This document shows, in pieces, positions 1 to 9,056 of a stretch of DNA of 34,753 bases. This DNA is from Gemmatimonadales bacterium (GTDB lineage Bacteria > Gemmatimonadota > Gemmatimonadetes > Gemmatimonadales > GWC2-71-9). The notes below the pieces were generated by a model, which made no database searches, had not been told where the DNA came from, and saw only the letters and a program-made list of their open reading frames with translations. Both the position numbers and the translations under genes were made by a program. The DNA lies in contig JAICVB010000003.1 of NCBI GenBank assembly GCA_025935545.1, forward strand, positions 1 to 34,753, given 5' to 3'. The number at the start of each line of letters is the position of its first letter. Within the stretch, counting starts at the first letter, position 1.

Positions 1-165
1 ATGGACGACGATGCCGACTTCGACGAGGAGGACTTCGATGAGGCGGAGGAAGTCCGCGCGGTCGCGGCGCCCACCGCCCGGGAGGAGCTCGAGCTCCGCC
101 TGGAGAAGGCCCGCGGCCGGCGCCGCCGCCGACCGTCGGCGGACATCGAGGAGCCGCTCGCCTGA
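1..165 (+). CDS. Probable 3' end of a gene entering the window (acidic tract, then Arg-rich tail); product unknown
   Basis: Frame 1 reads MDDDADFDEEDFDEAEEVRAVAAPTAREELELRLEKARGRRRRRPSADIEEPLA* with G/C-ending codons; TGA at 163-165. Not in the ORF track. Confidence 0.7.
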   Translation: MDDDADFDEEDFDEAEEVRAVAAPTAREELELRLEKARGRRRRRPSADIEEPLA

Positions 166-1097
166 GCGGCGGCCATCGCGGCGGCTGGTACCTCTCCCCG
201 AAGGGGTTCGTCCGCCGCGTCCTCCAGGCCGCCGATGAAAGCCATCTGCCGTTCCTGGCGAGTGCGGTCACCTTCGACGCACTCCTCGCCGCCGTGCCGT
301 TCGTCCTCCTGCTCCTCATCGGCCTGAGCTTCCTGGCCCAGCACCTCGCGGGAGCACAGAACACCGACCCGCTCCTGCTCTTTCACCGGTTCCTGCCGGT
401 CCACATCACCGAGGGGGGCCGCGACCCCTTCGCGGTGATCGAGGACATCCTGGCCCGCATCACCCGGAACCGCGGCGCCATCTCGCTCTACGCCGCCCCC
501 GCCTTCGTCTGGTTCAGCACGCGCCTCTTCGGGAGTCTGCGGACCTCGCTCAACGACATCTTCGACACGACGGTGCGCCCGCCGCGCCGGCGCAATCCCG
601 CCGTCTCCTACCTGCTGTCGAAGGGTCGCGACATCGCGATGGTGCTGGCCACGCTGCTCCTCTTCCTCGCGAACGCCATCCTCACCACCGGGATCGCGGT
701 GGCGCAGGAGCGCGGCGCCGTGGCGCTGGCGCGGTTTCCCTTCCTGGTGAGCACCGCCGGACGGGTGGTGAGCGAGCTCCTGACGGTGGTCTTCTCGATC
801 TCGCTCTTCTTCATGGTGTACAAGTACGCCTCCGTGCGGAAGCTCCGCTGGCGCACCGCCTTCCTCGCCGCGACCTTCTGCGCCCTCGCCTTCGAGCTGG
901 CCAAGCGGCTCTACGCGATCTACCTCTCCAACTTCGCGTCGTTCAAGGGCTCGGGCGGCGACGCGACGCTGGGCGCCATCGTGCTCTTCGTCATCTGGGT
1001 CCACTTCACGGCGCTCGTGTTCCTCCTGGGCGGCGTCGTGGCCGAGACCTGGGAGCTCCGCCGCATGCAGCGGCGCCAGCGGGCGATCCTCACCTAG
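162..1097 (+). CDS. YihY/virulence factor BrkB family inner-membrane protein
   Basis: About 6 hydrophobic segments and family-like stretches (FLASAVTFDALLAAVPF, LRTSLNDIF, FELAKRLYAIYLSNF, LGAIVLFVIWVHF...LLGG). The frame stays open upstream of the track start (294) to a CTG at 162 that overlaps the previous TGA, with GAGGAG 8 nt upstream. Start uncertain. Confidence 0.85.
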   Translation: MSGGHRGGWYLSPKGFVRRVLQAADESHLPFLASAVTFDALLAAVPFVLLLLIGLSFLAQHLAGAQNTDPLLLFHRFLPVHITEGGRDPFAVIEDILARITRNRGAISLYAAPAFVWFSTRLFGSLRTSLNDIFDTTVRPPRRRNPAVSYLLSKGRDIAMVLATLLLFLANAILTTGIAVAQERGAVALARFPFLVSTAGRVVSELLTVVFSISLFFMVYKYASVRKLRWRTAFLAATFCALAFELAKRLYAIYLSNFASFKGSGGDATLGAIVLFVIWVHFTALVFLLGGVVAETWELRRMQRRQRAILT

Positions 1098-1141
1098 CCC
1101 GCGGCGCGGGCGCCGCGCTTCTCGCGAGCCTGCCGCCGGTA

Positions 1142-1147
1142 TATATT
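1142..1147 (+). promoter_or_regulatory. Probable sigma70 -10 element of ffs
   Basis: TATATT in a GC-rich context, 6 nt before the SRP RNA terminal stem. Confidence 0.6.
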
Positions 1148-1153
1148 CCCTCC

Positions 1154-1250
1154 GCCTCAGGTCCGAAGGGCGCCGGCGCGCGAACCGCGTCAGGACCTTG
1201 CCGGTAGCAGCGCTAAGCGATGCCCGGTGTCGCTTCGGGTAGCCTGAGGC
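1154..1250 (+). ncRNA. ffs: Small bacterial signal recognition particle RNA (4.5S)
   Basis: Terminal stem GCCTCAGG/CCTGAGGC; helix-8 signature AACCGCGTCAGG-ACC-loop-GGT-AGCAGC; ~97 nt; usual position upstream of dnaX. Confidence 0.92.
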
Positions 1251-1274
1251 ACTTCTCTTTTCCCCTGCCGCCCC

Positions 1275-2969
1275 ATGTCCATAGCTCTCGCCCGTCGCTA
1301 CCGTCCCCGGCGCTTTGCCGACCTGCTGGTGCAGGACCACGTGACCGCGGTGCTGCGCGGCGCCGTGGCCCGCGACCGGATCGGGCACGGCTACCTGCTG
1401 ACGGGACCTCGCGGCGTGGGCAAGACCACGGCGGCCCGCATCCTGGCCATGGCGCTCAACTGCGCCCATCGCGATGCCGACGGGGAGCCGTGCGGCGAGT
1501 GCGCCAGCTGCACGCGCATCTGGAACGGCTCCGCCAGCCTCGACGTGATCGAGATCGACGCCGCCAGCAACCGCGGCGTGGACGACGCCCGCGACCTGCG
1601 CGAGCGGGCCATGTACGCCGCCTCGGAGGAAGGGCACCACAAGGTCTACATCGTGGATGAGGCGCACATGCTCACCCGCGAGGCGTGGAACGCCCTGCTC
1701 AAGATCCTGGAGGAGCCGCCTCCGGGCGTCGTGTTCGTCTTCGCGACCACCGAGCCGCAGAAGATCGCCGCCACCGCGGCGCCCGTGCTCTCGCGCCTGC
1801 AGCGGTTCGACTTCCGGCGGATCGGCCCCACGGCGATCCGCGATCGCCTGCGCGCCGTGCTTGCGGCCGAGGGGCTGACGGCGGACGACGACGCGCTCAC
1901 CCTGATCGCGCGCCACGCCGATGGCGGCATGCGGGACGCGCTGTCCGTGCTCGACCAGTGCCTCAGCTTCGGCGAGGGCGCCGTGACCGCCGACCGTGTG
2001 CGCGAGGTGCTCGGCCTGGTGGGCGACGAGGTCTATGCTGCGCTCCTCGAGGCGGTGGCCGGCCGCACGCCGGCCGCCATCTTTCCCCTGGTGGAGCGGC
2101 TCATGGAGGCGGGGGCCGATCTCGGGGAGTTCATGGCGGGGGCAGGGGAAATGCTCCGGGCCCTCCTCATGGTGCAGGTCCATGCCGAGCCGGACGGCCT
2201 CACCGAGTCGATGCGTGAGCTGCTCCAGCGTCACGCCACCCGGCTGCAGCCGGGCGACGTGCTCCGCATGCTCCGTCTCCTCACCGACAATGAGCCGGCC
2301 ATGCGACGGAGTGCCAACGCGCGGCTCGTGGTGGAGACGGTGCTGCTCCGCTGGACCATGCTCGACCGCATGGTGGACCTCGAGCGGGTGCTGGCCACCG
2401 GCGTCGGCGGCGTCTCGCCCGCTCCTCGCGCCCCGCGGACCACGCCGGTGGGCGGCGTAGCCGCGGCGACCGGCGGCGCAGTGCCCGCCCGCCGCGCAAC
2501 CGACCAGCCGCCCGCCGGACCGGCGTCCCCCGCGCCCGCCGCATCGGCCCCGGCCGCGCCGGCGCCCATCGCCGCGATTGCCTTCAACCGCGACTCGCTG
2601 CAGGAACACTGGGCCGACGTCATTGCCGCCGTCCGCTCCGAGAGCCGGTTTCTGGCGGAGGCGCTCGCGGGCACGGTGGTGGCCGAGGTGGCCCCGCCGG
2701 CGCTCTCGCTCGAGCTGACGGAGCCCAACCCGCTCTTCCTCGAGCGGCTGGAGCAGCAGGCCGGCGTGATCGAGGCCGTGATCGGCCGGGCGGTCGCGGC
2801 ACCGGTGCGACTCCGGCTTGCCGGCGCGCCGGTGGCGGTGGCGGCCGATCCGCGGACGCGGCGCATCTCGGATGCGAGCATCCGGGCCGATCGGCTCAAG
2901 GGCTTCCGGGCGAAGGACCCGACCCTCGACGCGGCAGCGGATGAGTTAGATTTGGAGATCGTCGAATGA
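1275..2969 (+). CDS. dnaX: DNA polymerase III subunit gamma/tau
   Basis: LARRYRP, Walker A GPRGVGKTT, four-Cys Zn module, EIDAASNRGVDD, DEAHML, NALLKILEEPP, GGMRDALS; Ala/Pro-rich linker. Confidence 0.98.
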   Translation: MSIALARRYRPRRFADLLVQDHVTAVLRGAVARDRIGHGYLLTGPRGVGKTTAARILAMALNCAHRDADGEPCGECASCTRIWNGSASLDVIEIDAASNRGVDDARDLRERAMYAASEEGHHKVYIVDEAHMLTREAWNALLKILEEPPPGVVFVFATTEPQKIAATAAPVLSRLQRFDFRRIGPTAIRDRLRAVLAAEGLTADDDALTLIARHADGGMRDALSVLDQCLSFGEGAVTADRVREVLGLVGDEVYAALLEAVAGRTPAAIFPLVERLMEAGADLGEFMAGAGEMLRALLMVQVHAEPDGLTESMRELLQRHATRLQPGDVLRMLRLLTDNEPAMRRSANARLVVETVLLRWTMLDRMVDLERVLATGVGGVSPAPRAPRTTPVGGVAAATGGAVPARRATDQPPAGPASPAPAASAPAAPAPIAAIAFNRDSLQEHWADVIAAVRSESRFLAEALAGTVVAEVAPPALSLELTEPNPLFLERLEQQAGVIEAVIGRAVAAPVRLRLAGAPVAVAADPRTRRISDASIRADRLKGFRAKDPTLDAAADELDLEIVE

Positions 2970-3019
2970 CACCGCGGCGCGATGCGCCGCCTGACCATAA
3001 GTCGGAAGACCGGATCGTC

Positions 3020-3328
3020 ATGGCGGATTTTCAGCAGCTGTTCCAGCTGGGCCAGCAGGTGCAGGGCAAGCTGGCGCAGATCCAGAGTGATCTCGCCGGC
3101 CAGGTGATCGAGACCTCGGCGGGCGGCGGCCTGGTGCGCGTCACCGCCGATGGCCGCGGCACTGTGCGGTCCATCGCCATCGACCCCGCCGCGTTCGAGG
3201 GGCGGGACGCCGAGCTCCTGGGCGACCTCGTCCTGGCCGCCGTGGCCGAAGCCCAGCGGCGCGCGGGCGAGCTGATGCAGAGCGAGATGCGGAAGATGCC
3301 CCCCCTCCCGTTCCCGCCCGCCCTCTGA
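3020..3328 (+). CDS. ybaB: YbaB/EbfC nucleoid-associated protein
   Basis: SAGGGLVRVTADGRG, SIAIDP, ELLGDLVLAAVAEA; between dnaX and recR. ATG 3020 fits family length; ATG 2966 is an alternative. Confidence 0.93.
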   Translation: MADFQQLFQLGQQVQGKLAQIQSDLAGQVIETSAGGGLVRVTADGRGTVRSIAIDPAAFEGRDAELLGDLVLAAVAEAQRRAGELMQSEMRKMPPLPFPPAL

Positions 3329-3330
3329 CG

Positions 3331-3921
3331 GTGGGCGCCATCGAGGAGCTGGTCACCGAGCTCGCCAGGCTGCCCGGCATCGGCCGGAAGACGGCGCAGC
3401 GGCTCACCTACCATCTCCTGCAGCAGCCGGCCGGACAGACGTCCCGGCTGGCGCGGGCCCTCGATGCGGTGGCCGAGCGCGTGGGACCCTGCGAGAGCTG
3501 CGGCAATCTGACCGAGGAGCAGCCCTGCGCCATCTGCCGCGATCCGCGGCGGGACCCGGCCCTCATGTGCGTCGTCGAGGAAGCCTCGGCCGTCGCGGTG
3601 GTGGACCGGGCGACCGAATTCCGCGGGCGGTATCACGTGCTGGGGGGACGGCTCTCGCCCCTCGACGGCATCGGCCCGGAGGCGCTCCGCATCGAGGCGC
3701 TGGTACGGCGTGTGCGGGAGGACGGGGTTCGCGAGGTCATACTCGCCACCAACCCATCCATGGAGGGCGAGGTGACGGCCACCTACATCCAGCAGCTGCT
3801 GTCGGCCATGGCCGTCCGGGTCACCCGGCTCGCCCGCGGGCTCCCCATGGGCGGCGACCTCGAGTACGTGGACGGCGTGACCCTCGCGCACGCCCTCGTC
3901 GCGCGGCAGGAGCTCCGCTGA
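3331..3921 (+). CDS. recR: Recombination mediator RecR
   Basis: LPGIGRKTAQRL (HhH), CESC...CAIC, YHVLGGRLSPLDGIGP, EVILATNPSMEGEVTA, LARGLPMGGDLEYVD. Confidence 0.98.
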   Translation: MGAIEELVTELARLPGIGRKTAQRLTYHLLQQPAGQTSRLARALDAVAERVGPCESCGNLTEEQPCAICRDPRRDPALMCVVEEASAVAVVDRATEFRGRYHVLGGRLSPLDGIGPEALRIEALVRRVREDGVREVILATNPSMEGEVTATYIQQLLSAMAVRVTRLARGLPMGGDLEYVDGVTLAHALVARQELR

Positions 3922-4190
3922 TGGGCGCCCGCACCCGGGTCTTCGTCGGCGCGGCGGCGGCGGGCGTCGTGGGTGGATGGGTCTTCGCCCAGCGGCGGCT
4001 GGTGCACCACCGGCGCGACCTCTTCAGTCCCCGGCCGCTCCGCCGCCTCGCGGCGCTGGGCTTTCTCGCCGGGCAGACCGGGATCGAGACCGTCCGGCTG
4101 CTCCGCGACTACCTGGCGTGGGAGACGCGCCCCATGCTCCGCCGCCGCGCGCTCGGCATCGTGCGCCGGATGGAAGCCAGTCTCGGCTGA
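3921..4190 (+). CDS. 89-aa hypothetical protein with N-terminal membrane anchor
   Basis: TGATG overlap with recR; MGARTRVFVGAAAAGVVGGWVF then amphipathic helices; coding-like codons; fills the recR-mglB gap. Confidence 0.8.
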   Translation: MGARTRVFVGAAAAGVVGGWVFAQRRLVHHRRDLFSPRPLRRLAALGFLAGQTGIETVRLLRDYLAWETRPMLRRRALGIVRRMEASLG

Positions 4191-4194
4191 CCGG

Positions 4195-4689
4195 ATGACA
4201 TCGGGCGCTTCGAGCTGGTCGTTCGGCGAGGAGGACGCCCGCCGGATCGACGGCATCCTGACCGGCTTCCTGCGGGAATCCAGCGCGCGCACCGCGCTGA
4301 TCGTGGATCGCACCGGCCAGCTCGTCGCCACCGCGGGCGAGCCGCCGGCGTTCGATCCGACCGCCTTCGCGTCGCTCACCGCCGCCGACTTCAGCGCCAA
4401 CGACCAGCTGGCCCGCATGCTGGGCGAGCCCGAGTTCGGGGCGCTCTTCCACCAGGGTGAGCGGGAGTCGATGTATCTCGCCGACATCGCGCGGCGGGTG
4501 ATCCTGGTGGTGCTGTTCGACAACCGGACCACGCTCGGACTGGTCAAGCTGCGCGTCCGCGCGACGGTGCAGGATCTCACCAAGGTGTTTACCGAGATGT
4601 TCGGCAGGACCCGGACCGACGCGCCCCGGGTGGAAAGCGGTTTTCTGGGCGACGCGGAAGACGAAATCGACAAACTCTTCGGAGCCTGA
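4195..4689 (+). CDS. mglB: Roadblock/LC7 protein MglB (GAP for MglA)
   Basis: [63 protein letters not shown]; acidic C-terminal helix DEIDKLFG; next to mglA. Confidence 0.93.
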   Translation: MTSGASSWSFGEEDARRIDGILTGFLRESSARTALIVDRTGQLVATAGEPPAFDPTAFASLTAADFSANDQLARMLGEPEFGALFHQGERESMYLADIARRVILVVLFDNRTTLGLVKLRVRATVQDLTKVFTEMFGRTRTDAPRVESGFLGDAEDEIDKLFGA

Positions 4690-4703
4690 GGAACCCCCCG
4701 CCC

Positions 4704-5378
4704 ATGTCGATGATCAACTACGCGTCCCGCGAGATCAACTGCAAGCTCGTGTACTACGGGCCCGGCCTCGGCGGCAAGACGACCAACCTCGAGTTCGTCT
4801 ACAACAAGGTGGCGCCCGGCTCCCGGGGGAAGATGATCTCCCTCGCGACCGAGACGGAGCGCACCCTCTTCTTCGACTTCCTGCCGGTGGATCTGGGCAC
4901 CATCCGCGGCTTCAAGGTCAAGTTCCACCTCTACACGGTGCCGGGGCAGGTGTATTACAACGCCTCGCGGAAGCTGATCCTCAAGGGCGTGGACGGCGTC
5001 GTGTTCGTGGCCGACAGCCAGCTCGAGCGGATGGAAGCCAACATCGAGGCGATGCAGAACCTGTACGACAACATGGCCCAGCATGGCTACGACCTGACCC
5101 GCCTCCCGTTCGCCATCCAGTACAACAAGCGCGACCTCCCGAACGCGGCCCCCATCGCGGAGCTGCAGGCCGCGCTCAATCCCGGCTGGGTGGTGGAGGA
5201 TCCGGCGCGCCAGCGCGTGCTGGCCGATGCCGAGCATCCCGGGGAGTTCCTGGTGAGCCAGCAGGACGGGCAGTGGATCGAGCGCGCTCCCTACTACGAG
5301 GCAGTCGCGGTGACGGGCGAAGGCGTGTTCGACACCCTCAAGGCCATCAGCAAGACCGTCGTCAAGACGCTGGGATAG
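4704..5378 (+). CDS. mglA: Small Ras-like GTPase MglA
   Basis: [72 protein letters not shown]. Confidence 0.96.
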   Translation: MSMINYASREINCKLVYYGPGLGGKTTNLEFVYNKVAPGSRGKMISLATETERTLFFDFLPVDLGTIRGFKVKFHLYTVPGQVYYNASRKLILKGVDGVVFVADSQLERMEANIEAMQNLYDNMAQHGYDLTRLPFAIQYNKRDLPNAAPIAELQAALNPGWVVEDPARQRVLADAEHPGEFLVSQQDGQWIERAPYYEAVAVTGEGVFDTLKAISKTVVKTLG

Positions 5379-5390
5379 GACGCGGCGCCG

Positions 5391-6029
5391 ATGTGGACGC
5401 TGCCCAACATCATCACCCTGGTCCGGATCAGCTTCACGCCGGTCATCGCCCTCCTCCCGTTCATCGAAGGCTACTGGCCCAAGCTCATCTGCTTCGTGAT
5501 CTTCGTCGCGGCCGCCGTGAGCGACGTCTTCGACGGCTATCTCGCCCGCCGGCACAACCAGGTCACCGACCTCGGCAAGCTGCTCGATCCCATCGCCGAC
5601 AAGCTCCTCCTCTTCGCCACGCTGGTGCCGATCTACTGGATCTCCCGCACGCGCCACGACCTCTACGACATCCCGGTGTGGGGGAGCATCCCCCTGTGGG
5701 TCTGCGCCCTCCTCATCGGGCGCGAGATCGCCATGACGCTCTTTCGCTGGTGGGCCCAGCGGCACGGCGTGGTGATTCCGGCCGGCGGGGCGGGGAAGCT
5801 CAAGACGGTCCTGCAGAACATCTTCGTCGGGGCGATCATGCTCTGGTTCGCCTTCCGGGATGCCCGCACGCCGATGGGCTGGACCCACGGGCGGTTCGCG
5901 AGCTTCTGGAACACCTTCCACGGGAGCTTCGTCGCCGTCACGCTCGCCATCGCGACGGTGCTCACCATCTACTCGTTCGTGCTCTACATCTATCGCTACC
6001 GGCGCCTGTTCATCGAGCGCGTGCGCTGA
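5391..6029 (+). CDS. pgsA: CDP-alcohol phosphatidyltransferase (PgsA-type)
   Basis: LPNIITLVRI, SDVFDGYLARR...VTDLGKLLDPIADK signature, GKLKTVLQ; upstream of cinA. Confidence 0.9.
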   Translation: MWTLPNIITLVRISFTPVIALLPFIEGYWPKLICFVIFVAAAVSDVFDGYLARRHNQVTDLGKLLDPIADKLLLFATLVPIYWISRTRHDLYDIPVWGSIPLWVCALLIGREIAMTLFRWWAQRHGVVIPAGGAGKLKTVLQNIFVGAIMLWFAFRDARTPMGWTHGRFASFWNTFHGSFVAVTLAIATVLTIYSFVLYIYRYRRLFIERVR

Positions 6030-6036
6030 GGCGCCG

Positions 6037-7308
6037 ATGAACCTCGAGGTCGTCACCATCGGCACCGAGCTGCTGCTGGGGTTCACCCTGGACACCAACG
6101 GCGCCGAGATCGGGCGCGAGCTCGCGGCGCTGGGGATCCGCGTGGTGCGGCGCACCTCGGTGGCCGACCGGCCGGACGAGATTCGCGACGCGGTCGAGAG
6201 CGCCCTCCGGCGCTCCGGTGCCGTCCTCACCACCGGCGGGCTCGGCCCCACCCGCGACGACATCACCAAGCGGATCGTGGCCGAGCTCTACGGGTGGCCG
6301 CTCGACTTCGACGAGGGCTTGTGGCAGGCGCTCGTCGAGCGCTACCGTCGTCGTGGACGGATCCCGGCCGAGAGCAACCGGTCGCAGGCCGAGGTGCCGC
6401 GTGGGGCCACCGTGCTGCCGAATCAGTGGGGCAGCGCACCCGGGCTCTGGCTCGAGGGGCCGCCCGGCCTCACGGTGATGTTGCCGGGCGTCCCGCTCGA
6501 GATGCATCATCTGCTGGCGGAGGAAGTGGCGCCGCGGCTCGCGACCCGGGGCGGAGGGTCGGTGATCCGGTCGCGCACGGTGCGCGTCACGGGCATCCCC
6601 GAGAGCACGCTGGCGGAGCGGCTGGGCGAGATCGAGACCGCGATCGCGCCGCTCACCCTTGCCTACCTGCCGGGGCTCGACGGCGTGGACCTCCGCGTCA
6701 CGGCCTGGGGTCTCGCCGCCGCCGAGGCAACGCGACGCCTCGACGCCGCTGCGGCCGAGCTCCGCGTGCGCGCGGGCGACGTGGTGTACGGCGAGGACTC
6801 CGACGACCTGGCGGCGCTGGTGCTCGAAGTCGCCCGCGAGGCGGGCGCGACGATCGCGGCTGCCGAGTCGTGCACCGGCGGGATGCTGGGGGCGCGGCTG
6901 ACGGAGATCCCCGGCAGCTCGGACGTCTTCGTGGGCGGGGCCGTGAGCTACGCCGACCATGCGAAGACGGCGCTGGCCGGCGTTCCGCCCGCGCTCCTCG
7001 CCGCCCACGGTGCCGTGAGCGAGCCGGTCGCCGTCGCGATGGCCGAGGGGATCCGCGAGCGGCTGGGCGCCGATCTCGCGGTGGCGGTCACCGGGATCGC
7101 GGGCCCCGGGGGCGGTACCGCGGACAAGCCCGTGGGCACCGTCTGCTTCGCGCTGTCGGGTGGAGGCGAAACCGTGTCGTCCCGCGCGATCCTGATCGGC
7201 ACCCGCGCGGAGATCCGCTACCGCGCCGCGCAGGCGGCGCTCTTCCTTCTCCTGAAGCGGCTCCGGTTATCTTTCCCGGGACCCGAGCAGGGGAGAACCC
7301 GCAAGTGA
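6037..7308 (+). CDS. cinA: Competence/damage-inducible protein CinA (molybdopterin-binding-like domain plus PncC NMN deamidase domain)
   Basis: IGTELLLG, DTN, TGGLGPTRDDIT, LPGVP; C-domain AESCTGG, GSS, HGAVS, TGIAGPGGG, KPVGTV. True start ATG 6037. Confidence 0.96.
   Translation: MNLEVVTIGTELLLGFTLDTNGAEIGRELAALGIRVVRRTSVADRPDEIRDAVESALRRSGAVLTTGGLGPTRDDITKRIVAELYGWPLDFDEGLWQALVERYRRRGRIPAESNRSQAEVPRGATVLPNQWGSAPGLWLEGPPGLTVMLPGVPLEMHHLLAEEVAPRLATRGGGSVIRSRTVRVTGIPESTLAERLGEIETAIAPLTLAYLPGLDGVDLRVTAWGLAAAEATRRLDAAAAELRVRAGDVVYGEDSDDLAALVLEVAREAGATIAAAESCTGGMLGARLTEIPGSSDVFVGGAVSYADHAKTALAGVPPALLAAHGAVSEPVAVAMAEGIRERLGADLAVAVTGIAGPGGGTADKPVGTVCFALSGGGETVSSRAILIGTRAEIRYRAAQAALFLLLKRLRLSFPGPEQGRTRK
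7268..7273 (+). promoter_or_regulatory. Candidate internal -10 element (TATCTT) for grpE-dnaJ
   Basis: GTTATCTTT in the cinA tail, followed by SD-like GGGGAGA and GTG 7305; the same 9-mer lies upstream of the desulfurase gene. No clear -35. Confidence 0.4.
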
Positions 7309-7949
7309 AACACGATCAGCGCGTTACCGACACCGACGACGCCCCCGCCGCGCCGCTCCACACCGCCGCGGGGATGGCGGAACCGGCATCGCAGGGCGGG
7401 CGGAGCGCCGACGGCGCCGATCTCGCGTCCACCGATATGTCGCAGCGTCCTTCGTCACGCGACGAAGCCACGCAGCCTGTCTTCGGCGAGGGGCGTGATC
7501 CGAGGGTCGAGCAGGACCTCGCGGAGCTGAAGGACCGCCATCTCCGGCTTGCCGCGGAATTCGATAACTACCGCAAGCGCGTGGCCCGGGAGCGGATCGA
7601 GCTGAGCGACCGCGCGCAGGCCACCTTCATTGCACGCCTCCTCGACGTGCTGGATGATCTCGACCGCCTGGTGGCGAGCGACCCGGGCACGGCGGCCGAT
7701 ACGCTGCGCGGCGGACTGTCGCTGGTTGACCGCAAGCTGCAGAAGGAGCTCGAGGCCGCCGGCGTCGAGCGCATCGATCCCGCGGGACAGCCGTTCGATC
7801 CCGCGGAGGCGGAAGCCGTGTCGATCGTGCCGCCGCCCGACCCGTCGAAGGACCACATCGTGGCGGCCACCTTCCAGGTGGGGTACCGGTTCAAGGGAAC
7901 GCTGGTGCGCCCCGCGCGGGTGCAGGTCTACTCGGAAGGCCAGGCGTAG
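7305..7949 (+). CDS. grpE: Nucleotide exchange factor GrpE
   Basis: [47 protein letters not shown]; GTG start overlaps the cinA stop (GTGA). Start uncertain (in-frame ATGs at 7374 and 7437). Confidence 0.95.
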   Translation: MKHDQRVTDTDDAPAAPLHTAAGMAEPASQGGRSADGADLASTDMSQRPSSRDEATQPVFGEGRDPRVEQDLAELKDRHLRLAAEFDNYRKRVARERIELSDRAQATFIARLLDVLDDLDRLVASDPGTAADTLRGGLSLVDRKLQKELEAAGVERIDPAGQPFDPAEAEAVSIVPPPDPSKDHIVAATFQVGYRFKGTLVRPARVQVYSEGQA

Positions 7950-7950
7950 C

Positions 7951-9048
7951 ATGGCGGCGAAGGACTTCTACCAGGTTCTCGGCGTCCCCGACTCCGCGAG
8001 CCAGGACGAGATCAAGAAGGCCTACCGCCGCCTCGCCAAGCAGTACCATCCCGACGCCAATCCCAACAACGCCGCGGCGGCGGAGCGCTTCAAGGAAATC
8101 TCCGAGGCGCACGCCACCCTCTCCGACGCGGACAAGCGGAAGCAGTACGACCAGATGCGGCGGCTGGGCGCCTTCGACGGGCTGGGGCGGCGGCCCGCCG
8201 GCGCGCCCGGCCGGGGCCCCATGGGCGGCGCGCCCGGCGCCGAGGAGATCGACCTCGGCGACCTGAGCGGGTTCGGGCTGGGCGACATCTTCTCGTCGAT
8301 CTTCGGCCGGGGCCGCCGCGAGGAACCCCGCGGCGAAAGCCTCGAAGCCGTGGTCGAGGTTCCCTTTCGCGTCGCGATGCTCGGCGGGAAGGTGCCCGTG
8401 ACCATGCCCGTGGTCGAGGCCTGCCCGACCTGCGCGGGGAGCGGCGCCGCACCGGGTGCGACGATCACGACCTGCCCGGAGTGCGACGGCCGGGGCACCA
8501 TCTCGTTCGGGCAGGGAAGCTTTGCCGTCAACCGCCCTTGTCCCCGCTGCCGGGGCCGCGGGAAGATACCGTCACAACCATGCCCCACCTGTCAGGGCGC
8601 GGGCGAGGTGCGGACCGAACGACGGGTGATGATCACCGTGCCGCCGGCGACGGAGTCCGGCAGCAAGGTGCGGCTCAAGGGGCAGGGCCAGCCGGGCCGC
8701 GCGGGCGCGCCGGCGGGCGATCTCGTGATCACCTTCCAGGTGCAGCCCGACCGGTTCTTCCACCGCGAGGGACTCGACATCGTGTGCGAGGTGCCGATCA
8801 ACCTGGCGCAGGCGGTGCTGGGGACGCGCCTCCGCGTGAAGACGCTGGACAACAAGAAGGTGGTGCTCCGGATCCCGCCCGGCACGCAGCCGGGGCGCAA
8901 GTTCCGCATCAAGGGGCAGGGGCTGGAGAAGAACGGACGGAAGGGGGACCAGCTCGTGGGCGTCCAGGTCACGCTCCCGGCCAAGCTGAGTCCGGAGCAG
9001 GAGGAGCTCATGAAGCAGTTTGCGAGCTCCGCCGGCATGGCCTACTGA
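7951..9048 (+). CDS. dnaJ: Chaperone DnaJ (class A)
   Basis: J domain with HPD, G/F-rich region, four CxxCxGxG repeats, C-terminal domain ([11 protein letters not shown]). Confidence 0.97.
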   Translation: MAAKDFYQVLGVPDSASQDEIKKAYRRLAKQYHPDANPNNAAAAERFKEISEAHATLSDADKRKQYDQMRRLGAFDGLGRRPAGAPGRGPMGGAPGAEEIDLGDLSGFGLGDIFSSIFGRGRREEPRGESLEAVVEVPFRVAMLGGKVPVTMPVVEACPTCAGSGAAPGATITTCPECDGRGTISFGQGSFAVNRPCPRCRGRGKIPSQPCPTCQGAGEVRTERRVMITVPPATESGSKVRLKGQGQPGRAGAPAGDLVITFQVQPDRFFHREGLDIVCEVPINLAQAVLGTRLRVKTLDNKKVVLRIPPGTQPGRKFRIKGQGLEKNGRKGDQLVGVQVTLPAKLSPEQEELMKQFASSAGMAY

Positions 9049-9056
9049 GGCGCTGG

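Noticed and set aside
2400-2580. Ala/Pro-rich quasi-repeats in dnaX
   Set aside because: Ordinary low-complexity tau linker, not a repeat array.
1275-2969. Programmed frameshift or slippage in dnaX giving a gamma subunit
   Set aside because: No A-AAA-AAG heptamer or long A/T run seen in the gene.
5181-5282. MglA insertion as a mini-intein
   Set aside because: Far too short and lacks the Cys/Ser start and His-Asn end.
7230-7440. CIRCE operator upstream of grpE
   Set aside because: No TTAGCACTC-N9-GAGTGCTAA match.
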